From the NCBI GenBank assembly GCA_034676525.1, contig JAUCCA010000012.1, positions 417,033-481,032 of the forward strand: a stretch of 64,000 nt of DNA, given 5' to 3'. The stretch comes from Giesbergeria sp. (GTDB lineage Bacteria > Pseudomonadota > Gammaproteobacteria > Burkholderiales > Burkholderiaceae_C). The notes under the pieces are model-generated. The model was given only the letters and a program-made list of their open reading frames with translations. It did not search any database and was not told where the DNA came from. Positions within the stretch are counted from its first letter, which is position 1. Each line of letters begins with the position of its first letter. Position numbers and translations under genes: made by a program. Positions 1 to 7,934 of this stretch are shown piece after piece.

Positions 1-1440
1 ACCGGCGAGCTTCGCCGCATCACCGAGCCCGTCTCACCGCACCTGGAGATGACCGCCCTGTGCGACCGCGTGCTGCGCGCGGGTGGCCCGGCGCTGCTGT
101 TTGAAAACCCCACGGGTCACACCATGCCGGTGCTGGCCAACCTGTTCGGCACACCCGAGCGCGTGGCGCGCGCCATGGGGGTGGACAGCATCGCCGGCTT
201 GCGCCCGTTTGGCGAGCTGCTGGCCTCACTCAAGGAACCCGAGGCGCCCAAGGGTTTCAAGGAAATGGTGGGCATGAGCAGCCTGCTCAAGACCCTGTGG
301 AACATGGCGCCCAAGGAGCGAAGCAGCCCACCGTGCCAGGAACTGGTGTGGGAAGGGCAGGACGTGGACCTGGCCCGCCTGCCCATCCAGCACTGTTGGC
401 CGGGCGACGTGGCGCCGCTCATTACCTGGGGCTTGGTCATCACGCGCGGGCCGCACAAGGCGCGGCAAAACCTGGGCATCTACCGCCAGCAGGTGCTGTC
501 CCGCAACCAGCTCATCATGCGTTGGCTGGCGCACCGCGGCGGTGCACTGGATTTTGCCGAGCACTGCCGCCTGCGCCCCAGCGAGCCCTATCCGGTGGCG
601 GTTGCCATTGGCGCCGACCCGGCGACCATCCTCGGCGCCGTGACGCCCGTGCCCGACAGCTTGTCGGAATACCAGTTCGCCGGCCTATTGCGCGGCGCGC
701 GCACCGAGGTGGCCAAAGCGCTGGGTGTACCGCTTTCGGTGCCAGCGCATGCCGAAATCGTGCTCGAAGGCCACATCTACCCCGATGCCGCGCACGCCAG
801 CGGCTGGCAGCACGCGCTCGAAGGCCCGTACGGTGACCACACCGGCTACTACAACGAGCGCGCTGAGTTCCCGGTGTTCACGGTGGACCGCATCACACTG
901 CGCAAGGACGCGCTCTACCACTCGACCTACACCGGCAAACCGCCCGACGAACCTGCCGTGCTGGGCGTCGCGCTCAACGAGTTGTTCATTCCGCTCTTGC
1001 AGCGCCAGTTCCCGGAAATCATCGACTTCTACTTGCCGCCCGAAGGCTGCAGCTACCGCATGGCACTGGTGCGCATCAAGAAGGCCTACCCCGGCCACGC
1101 ACGCCGCGTGATGATGGGCGTGTGGAGCCATTTGCGCCAGTTCATGTACACCAAGTTCATCGTCGTCGTGGACGAAGACGTGGACGTACGCGATTGGAAG
1201 GAAGTCGTCTGGGCGATGACGACCCGCATGGACCCGGTGCGCGACACCATGCTGATTGAGCACACGCCCATCGACTACCTCGACTTCGCCTCGCCCGTCA
1301 GCGGCCTGGGCAGCAAGATGGGCATGGACGCGACGAACAAATGGCCCGGCGAGACACAGCGCGAATGGGGCAGGACCATCAGCATGGATGCCGATGTGCA
1401 GGCGCGTATGGACGCGCTGGCACAAACGCTGGGGCTTTGA
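1..1440 (+). CDS. ubiD: UbiD family (prFMN-dependent) decarboxylase, 5' end outside the window
   Basis: Frame open from base 1 ([18 protein letters not shown]...). Motifs [34 protein letters not shown] and [10 protein letters not shown]. Confidence 0.95.
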   Translation, partial: TGELRRITEPVSPHLEMTALCDRVLRAGGPALLFENPTGHTMPVLANLFGTPERVARAMGVDSIAGLRPFGELLASLKEPEAPKGFKEMVGMSSLLKTLWNMAPKERSSPPCQELVWEGQDVDLARLPIQHCWPGDVAPLITWGLVITRGPHKARQNLGIYRQQVLSRNQLIMRWLAHRGGALDFAEHCRLRPSEPYPVAVAIGADPATILGAVTPVPDSLSEYQFAGLLRGARTEVAKALGVPLSVPAHAEIVLEGHIYPDAAHASGWQHALEGPYGDHTGYYNERAEFPVFTVDRITLRKDALYHSTYTGKPPDEPAVLGVALNELFIPLLQRQFPEIIDFYLPPEGCSYRMALVRIKKAYPGHARRVMMGVWSHLRQFMYTKFIVVVDEDVDVRDWKEVVWAMTTRMDPVRDTMLIEHTPIDYLDFASPVSGLGSKMGMDATNKWPGETQREWGRTISMDADVQARMDALAQTLGL

Positions 1441-1472
1441 AAGCGAGCGAACTCCTCTACCATGGGGCGCTC

Positions 1473-2156
1473 ATGGACACCGATTCAAGCCGCCATCAAT
1501 ATGCATCACCAAGCAAGGGAGTCTTGGTGGTCGACGACCATGAGCTGCTCCGCCTGGGGCTGCGCACGCTGGTGCAATCCCACGCACTGGCCAATGGGCA
1601 GGTGGTGCAGGTGTTTGAGGCCCACAGCCTGCAAGAGGCGCTGGCGGTATTTGGCGATAACAGCGCCGCCATCCAACTGGTTCTGCTCGACTTGCACTTG
1701 CCGGATGCACACGGCCTGTCTGGCGTAGAGGCATTCATGGCCCACTTTCCAAAGGCCCATGTGGCCGTGCTGTCGGGCGTCGGCGATCCGGGGCTGCAGC
1801 GCGATGCGCTGGCCCTCGGCGCACGAGCCTATCTGACCAAATCGGGAGACCTCGCGCAGGTGGTGCACTACATCACGGCGTCGGAAGTGATTGACCTGCC
1901 GAATAAGGTATCCAGCGAAGCCGACACCCTCACCGCACCGACCGGGGGCCGAACCGTACGCACCGCATCCGGCGAGTGGATACAGATCACAACACGACAG
2001 GCGCAGGTGCTCGACTGGATCCTCACCGGCTGGTCCAACCGCCAGATTGCCGAACACGCGAACCTGAGCGAAGGCACGGTCAAAAATCACGTCTCCACTT
2101 TGCTGCTGCTGCTGGGCGCACGTTCACGGGCCCAGCTCATCAGCCAACTGCGTTGA
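1473..2156 (+). CDS. NarL/LuxR-family two-component response regulator
   Basis: Receiver domain (VLVVDDH, LLDLHLPD, AYLTK) plus C-terminal LuxR HTH (TTRQAQVL...SNRQIA...SEGTVKNHVS). Start placed at ATG 1473. Confidence 0.9.
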   Translation: MDTDSSRHQYASPSKGVLVVDDHELLRLGLRTLVQSHALANGQVVQVFEAHSLQEALAVFGDNSAAIQLVLLDLHLPDAHGLSGVEAFMAHFPKAHVAVLSGVGDPGLQRDALALGARAYLTKSGDLAQVVHYITASEVIDLPNKVSSEADTLTAPTGGRTVRTASGEWIQITTRQAQVLDWILTGWSNRQIAEHANLSEGTVKNHVSTLLLLLGARSRAQLISQLR

Positions 2157-3960
2157 CCACCAAGGCACCCACCGCTGCCGTCGACCCCGCCACCGCAAGG
2201 CGGATGCTGCGCGAGCAAGTCGCAACCTTGTTTGCCACCATCAAGAGCGCCACCGTAGCCGACGCCTTGTTGGCATGGACGGTTGGGGCGCTCTTCTATT
2301 GGCAGTTGCGCAGCCCCTGGGTGCTGGGCTGGCTAGGCCTTCACTTGCTGGAACTGCTGCGTTACCCGAGCCAGGCGGCCTACCACCGCGATCCGGCAGC
2401 AGCCGAGCGCAGCGCCTTCTGGGCGCGCCGGCATTGGCAGGAAATGCTGTTCTTCTCCTGCATCTGGGGAGCGCTCCCCTGGATGATGATGCCTGCCGAC
2501 AACCTGCCCATGACCTCGATGATCGTGCTCGTCATCGTCGGTCTGTGCAGCACGGCCTGCCGGCGGTGGCGGCGCGCTGGCCATCGGTGCTCGCTTTTGT
2601 GCTGCCCATGAATCTCGGCTTGATCAGTGCGCTGCTCTGGCACGGCAGCAACACCCATTGGTTTCTGGCTTTTTTTGTGGCGGTGTATTTGCTAGCCACC
2701 TTTCAAATCGCCCATGCCCTCAACAAGATGCTCACAGAGTCGCTGCTCGCGCGCTTCGAGAAAGAAGCGCTGGCCGAACAAATCGCCGAACAAATGGCGG
2801 TCACCCAGCGGCTGAGCGACGAGAAAACTCGCTTCTTTGCCTCGGCCAGCCACGACCTGCGCCAACCGCTGCACGCCATCGCCCTGTTTGGTGCCGTGCT
2901 GGAGCGGGAGCTGCACAGCCACAGCGCAGGCCAGCATGCAAAACGGCTGATGCAAGCCGTGCACGCCATGGGCACTTCCCTTGACACCATGCTGGACATG
3001 TCGCGCCTGGACGCTGGCGTGGTGCAAGCCGAGATGACTGCGGTGCCGATGAAACCCATGCTGCAAACCGTCAACCAGTTGTTCGCTTCGCGGGCAGAAG
3101 CCAAAGGTCTGCAACTGCGCGTGCGGACCACCGAGCTGTGGGTGCTGACCGATGCGCAGTTGCTGCAGCGTCTGCTCGCCAACCTGGTGGAAAACGCCAT
3201 CAAGTACACCCACCAGGGCGGCGTGCTGGTGATAGCGCGAGCCAAGCACGGCGAGGTCTGGATCGAAGTGCTCGACACCGGCCGAGGCATTGCACTTGAA
3301 AACCAGGACAAGATATTTGAGGCCTTCTATCAAATCGACAACCCCGGGCGCGAACGCAGCCACGGGCTGGGCATGGGTCTGTCCATCGTGCGCAGACTCG
3401 CCCATTTACTGAACCACCCTTTGCTTCTGACATCGCGCCCTGGCACAGGCACGCGGTTTCGCCTGAGGTTGCCTTTAGCCCCTAGCCCCGTCACCGATGG
3501 TGCACGCGATCAGGCAGGTTCGACGCTATCGGGAATACATCCCCGCGAGCCCGCTGAGCAAACCCCTGCGCTGGTCTTGCCTTCACCCGTTCTGCTGCTG
3601 GACGATGAGGCCGATATCGGCGATGCCATGACCGCCTTGCTCGCCTCCTACGGCGTGCAGCTCGAAGTGGTGAGAAACGAAGCCGCGGCGGAGCAAGCCT
3701 TCATAGAGGCGGATCTGGAGGCGCGGCCGTTTGCAGCCTTGATCTGCGACTACCGTTTGGCCGAAGGTGCTGATGGGCTGGAGACTGCCTTTCGTCTGAG
3801 GACCAAGTTCCATCCCGGCCTGCCTTTCCTTTTAGTCACTGGAGAGACTTCTCCACAGCGGCTGCAACGCGTTCGCGACAGTGGCGTGCCCGTGTTGTTC
3901 AAACCCGTCGTGGCTCAATCAATGATTCAAGCATTGGCAAGGCTGATTGCCAAAACCTGA
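2153..3960 (+). pseudogene. Membrane hybrid sensor histidine kinase (HisKA, HATPase, receiver) with a 1-nt frameshift near 2552-2555
   Basis: TM N-terminus read from TTG 2153, overlapping the regulator stop. It continues in another frame as GLPAVAARWPSV... into ASHDLRQPL (H-box), NLVENAIKYT, DTGRGI, GLGMGL and a receiver domain. Confidence 0.85.
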
Positions 3961-3979
3961 ACCCCCGGGTGCCGCGGCA

Positions 3980-4026
3980 AGGCATGACTTTCGGCACTGT
4001 CTAGCTGGGCTTTTGCAGCCTATCCT
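3980..4026 (+). promoter_or_regulatory. Candidate activator box with -10 element (copy 1)
   Basis: AGGCATGACTTTCGGCA (3980-3996), 24-nt spacer, TATCCT (4021-4026). Same layout as copy 2 at 6197-6243. Confidence 0.6.
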
Positions 4027-4057
4027 GAGTGAACTGTGACACCCAAGGATTCGAGAC

Positions 4058-4522
4058 ATGCAAGCCAATCGCCATCAACCGTCCGCTGAGTGCGTGCGCG
4101 ACATTCACCAAGCCCCGTCGAGTGGTTCAAGCTCGCGCGTGTCGATCGCATCGGCAATCTTTGCCTTGTTTTTCGTGGTGGGCAGCGCACATGCCAAAGG
4201 CCCCGGCACCCCTACGGCGGAACATCTGGGCCTCACACCGGCCTACCTGCAGGGGGACTGGTGCCAAACCTACATCCAGTTTCCCAACAAGCGCGCTGAC
4301 GAGAACGTCCCCTTCCGGTGGGATCCAGATGGCACCTATGCCGGCATTGTTCACCCGGCTAAGGAAATGCAGCCAGGCCTCGTTTACCGCTACAAGCCCG
4401 ACGGAAAGGTGACGCTTGCCTACTTCCCTGGGTTGCTCCTAAAGGTGAAATCGGTCAAGCCAGACGCCTTTGTTTTGCAGCTGTCTGGCGACCTTCACTT
4501 TCGCAGAGGGACCTGCAAATGA
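4058..4522 (+). CDS. Secreted hypothetical protein, lipocalin-like (paralogue 1)
   Basis: Signal peptide ending SAHA. Shares EHLGLTPAYLxGDWC...IQFPN...LVYRYxPDGK...DLHFxRGxCK with the next gene. Confidence 0.75.
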   Translation: MQANRHQPSAECVRDIHQAPSSGSSSRVSIASAIFALFFVVGSAHAKGPGTPTAEHLGLTPAYLQGDWCQTYIQFPNKRADENVPFRWDPDGTYAGIVHPAKEMQPGLVYRYKPDGKVTLAYFPGLLLKVKSVKPDAFVLQLSGDLHFRRGTCK

Positions 4523-4983
4523 CAGAACAAGCAACCTATCAAAGCGGGCTGCGCCCAGCGCTGGTTTGCCTGGCCGCCATGGTGCTGCTGTCCGGCTGCG
4601 GCGAAAGCAAAGACAGCGGGGCTGGCCGTACCGTGTCGAAATCCGCCAAACCAAGCATGGTTGCGGCGGCTGCAGGGCCCACTACAGAGCACCTGGGCCT
4701 CACACCAGCCTACTTGGAAGGCGACTGGTGCAGCACCCATATTCAGTTCCCCAACACGCGATCCACGGAAAACCGCAACCACCGGTTTTCTGCAGACGGC
4801 AGCTTCGCGGCGCAAACAGACCCCAAATCGGAAATGAAGCCGGGGCTGGTTTACCGCTACAGGCCGGATGGAAAGATCGGTATGGACAGTTTGCTCTACC
4901 AAGTGAAGTCGGTGCAACCAGACGATTTTGTTTTGCGCATCGCCGTCAACGACCTTCACTTTCACCGGGGCGCTTGCAAATGA
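4519..4983 (+). CDS. Lipoprotein, lipocalin-like (paralogue 2)
   Basis: Lipobox LLSGC; ATGA overlap with the previous gene; clear paralogy to 4058-4522. Confidence 0.8.
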   Translation: MTEQATYQSGLRPALVCLAAMVLLSGCGESKDSGAGRTVSKSAKPSMVAAAAGPTTEHLGLTPAYLEGDWCSTHIQFPNTRSTENRNHRFSADGSFAAQTDPKSEMKPGLVYRYRPDGKIGMDSLLYQVKSVQPDDFVLRIAVNDLHFHRGACK

Positions 4984-5571
4984 ACCCCAACAGCCACCCT
5001 GCCGAGCTTCGTGCAGTACCTTTGGCCGCCGGCTCAACGCGGTGGCCATTCCAACTCGGCCTGCTCGCCTTGGTCTTGTGTACGCCCATCCTGACGCAGG
5101 CGGGCACGCCAAGGGATACGTTCAAACAGGGGCGCTCAGCCGGGCTCGAAGGCCCGTGTCCATTTTTTGATGCAGCCGTGGTTCAAAAAGTATTTCCCAA
5201 CAGCTCAGACGAAGCAGTTTTTAAACGCAGGGAAAGGCCTTATCCCTCTTGCACCTACAGCTGGAAGGGCAAGCAAAAGCGGCGCATGAAAATAGGCGAG
5301 CGCGAAATTATGATGCCCGGACAGGGCCGATTGACGCTCACCGTAGCGCCGTCGCGCGTCGCAGCCAACGATTGGGAACGCGTCTTGAAATCAACAGCTC
5401 ACGCCCGTGCCAGAGTTGGGCGAATATGCCATCTGGTCGCCCAAGCGGCGTCAGCTGTCATGGATCGGTAAAGGCCATGTTTTCCATGTGGCGGTGGAAG
5501 ATGACGACAACCCCGAAATCCAACAAAAAAACGCCATGGTGGTGGCCGCCGAACTGCTTCGAACGCACTGA
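4980..5571 (+). pseudogene. Secreted hypothetical protein, apparently frameshifted near 5391
   Basis: ATGA-coupled start, signal peptide and Cys pair. After ...WERVLK a stop-free alternative frame reads QQLTPVPELGEYAIWSPKRRQLSWIGKGHVFHVAVEDDDNPEIQQKNAMVVAAELLRTH* to TGA 5569-5571. Confidence 0.6.
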
Positions 5572-5610
5572 GCCTTGGAAACAACTTGGCAATGGTCGGG
5601 CTCACCGCAC

Positions 5611-6159
5611 TCACTCCTCGCAAGCCTGCCCATCGCCCTTGTTCGTGCACACCGACTGGCGCACCCAAAGCATCAACCCGGTGGCCGCGTTCACCTGAGC
5701 GCTCACTTCCGTGCCGCGATAGCCCTCGCCGGACGACACGCGCTCTACCCAGATGGTGAACTCATCCGAATCTGAAGCGTCGTCGACTTCGCCGGCCACG
5801 CAGCGTGTCAACTCGGCGCGCACGCTTTTGTCGAGTTTGAAAACCGCCGGAAACTGGCAGCGGTAGCCCATTTGTCGCAACCGCATCTTCGGCTCGTCAA
5901 GGCTCACTTCCACCACGCGGCAAGCCGTGGCACCCGTCATGGTTTTTTTGACCTGGTAGGTCTTTTCGAGCGGATGGGCGGGTTCGCCTCGTGGCGTGGC
6001 CAAAGCACCTTTGTGCAGAGCAAAGCCATGCTGCGCATCAGTCACAGCCGCCTTCAGCTCCTTGCAGGCAAACATCTCGCTCGCCATGGCTACCGTTGGC
6101 AAGGCCAACCAAGTGGCAACCACTGTGGCCGCCAAACATAAAGTCGATCGATCAAGCAT
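5611..6159 (-). CDS. Secreted Cys-containing hypothetical protein
   Basis: Signal peptide ending AMA, several Cys in the mature part, GGAGG RBS upstream. Confidence 0.7.
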   Translation of the reverse strand: MLDRSTLCLAATVVATWLALPTVAMASEMFACKELKAAVTDAQHGFALHKGALATPRGEPAHPLEKTYQVKKTMTGATACRVVEVSLDEPKMRLRQMGYRCQFPAVFKLDKSVRAELTRCVAGEVDDASDSDEFTIWVERVSSGEGYRGTEVSAQVNAATGLMLWVRQSVCTNKGDGQACEE

Positions 6160-6196
6160 GCATTGCCTCCGGTCTAAGGAACCTCGTCAAAGAGCG

Positions 6197-6243
6197 AGCC
6201 TAGTGCCTTGCGCAGCGCACAACCATTGCACAAAGTCATGCCT
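6197..6243 (-). promoter_or_regulatory. Candidate activator box with -10 element (copy 2)
   Basis: Minus strand reads AGGCATGACTTTGTGCA (6243-6227), 24-nt spacer, TAGGCT (6202-6197). Confidence 0.6.
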
Positions 6244-6254
6244 GAAAGGCGGGG

Positions 6255-6500
6255 CTGGAACGAACTGCTCTGAACCATGAGCACGCGAATAAACACGGTG
6301 CGTGGCTCGATGCTGATTGAGCACACGCCCACCGATTACCTCGACTTTACCTAGGCCGTCAGCGGGCCGGGCAGCCAAGATGCGATGGGCGCGACCAACA
6401 AATGGCCCAGCGAGACGCAGCGCGAATGGGGAGCACTATGGCGATGGACGCCCAAGTTGCAGCTCAGATGAACGCGCCAGCCCAAACATTGGGTCTGTGA
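6255..6500 (+). pseudogene. Decayed duplicate of the ubiD 3' end
   Basis: Aligns with ~1194-1440 (ATGCTGATTGAGCACACGCCC, AACAAATGGCCC, CAGCGCGAATGGGG, ending AQTLGL*). Has in-frame stops (TGA 6271-6273, TAG 6352-6354) and indels. Confidence 0.9.
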
Positions 6501-6546
6501 GTGGCAGTGCGCGAGGCACAGCCCGACCAAGACCATGCACCCACAG

Positions 6547-7782
6547 TCAGTGCGTCGGCAACCCGTCCAGCTCCTCGCTTGTCGGCTCAGCCTGAGGCTC
6601 ACGATGTCGGCTGGCCAGCCAGGGGGCGGGGGCATGGGCAACCCGGTTGCGTCCTTGGCGCTTGGCCTCGTATAAAGCTTCGTCGGCCCGTGCCAAGGTG
6701 CTCTCAATAGGCTCGCCGCGGTGATGTGTCGTCCAGCCGATGGAGACCGTCATCTGGATTTTCTCCTCGCCCACAACCATCGACGTGTGCTCCAAGCTTC
6801 TGCGCAAGCGCTCAAGCAGTTCCGCCGCATGGGCTTGCCGGGTGTCACACAGCAACAATACGAATTCTTCCCCTCCCCAGCGGGCGAACACATCGCCGCT
6901 GCGCAGTTCACGGCCCACGACCTTCGCAAACAGCTGCAGCGCTCGGTCGCCGGCGTTGTGGCCGTGCTGGTCGTTGATGGCCTTGAAGTGGTCTATGTCG
7001 AGCTGCGCGAGCAGAAGGCTGCGTCCGCTTCGTTCACAGCGAAGCAGTTCCAGCGCCATCAGTTCGGACATCTGCCGTCTGTTGAACAAGCCCGTGAGCT
7101 CATCGCGCATGGCCAATTCGCGAATTTGCACCAGTGCGACCTCCAGCTCACGCTTTTGACCACGCAGACGCGCCCGAATGCTCTGTACCTGTAAGCACAT
7201 CAACGTGCCCGCAAGCAGAGACAACAGCACGATGGTGAGATGGGCTGCCACCACTGCAATGGAAGGCTTTGAAGCCTCAAGGTAAGCGGCGCCGAGCACG
7301 GCAAGCGAATACAGGCCCATCGAGTAGAGCATGAGGAACACCGTCTGGCGCCGGTCGCGCCCGAAGATACCGAACATCAAAATAATGACCAGCACCGGAA
7401 GCACGAGCGCACGAACTGGGCCGGCAATAACGTAGGCGACCGCATTGCACGTCAGTGCCCACTGCATCTGAAACAGCGTCATGGAAGGGTCCGCCATGCG
7501 TTCGCTGTAGCCGCTTCTCACCATGAGCAGCGCAGCAGCCAGCCCACCGACCGCAAACGCCGACCACCAGTTAACCAAGCGCGGATCCATGTCGCCACTG
7601 GCCGCCAGCACCCGCATCGCCAAGGCGCAACACACCATCATCAGAGTGGCCAGCCCGGCCATGGTGGTGCGGCGACGCCGCTTCTCCTCGCTTCCGAGCA
7701 GGCGCGTCAACCACTGCGATGCGGGGGTGGCAGATTGGGGCACGAGACGCGTTAAGGAGAATGGGGAGCGCAGACAAAACAT
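6547..7782 (-). CDS. Membrane-bound diguanylate cyclase
   Basis: Multi-TM N-terminus, DELTGLFNRR, RSGD I-site and RWGGEEF. Start uncertain (7782 or a downstream ATG). Confidence 0.9.
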   Translation of the reverse strand: MFCLRSPFSLTRLVPQSATPASQWLTRLLGSEEKRRRRTTMAGLATLMMVCCALAMRVLAASGDMDPRLVNWWSAFAVGGLAAALLMVRSGYSERMADPSMTLFQMQWALTCNAVAYVIAGPVRALVLPVLVIILMFGIFGRDRRQTVFLMLYSMGLYSLAVLGAAYLEASKPSIAVVAAHLTIVLLSLLAGTLMCLQVQSIRARLRGQKRELEVALVQIRELAMRDELTGLFNRRQMSELMALELLRCERSGRSLLLAQLDIDHFKAINDQHGHNAGDRALQLFAKVVGRELRSGDVFARWGGEEFVLLLCDTRQAHAAELLERLRRSLEHTSMVVGEEKIQMTVSIGWTTHHRGEPIESTLARADEALYEAKRQGRNRVAHAPAPWLASRHREPQAEPTSEELDGLPTH

Positions 7783-7818
7783 AGGGGTCCGCGCATTGTG
7801 GACCCCTATGTTACTTTT
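7772..7818. terminator. Perfect 11-bp hairpin with T-rich tails on both strands
   Basis: CATAGGGGTCC (7780-7790), 9-nt loop, GGACCCCTATG (7800-7810). Followed by TTTTGTCT on minus and TTACTTTT on plus. Confidence 0.6.
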
Positions 7819-7934
7819 CGTGTCAGACAACTGCCCGTCGGCTGGCAGCGCGCGGCGTGCCTGCGCTCCGAATGCGTGCATCGCGCACCTGCGCCACCCG
7901 CATGTTCACTGGTGGGCCTGCGCGCCTTTACTCT

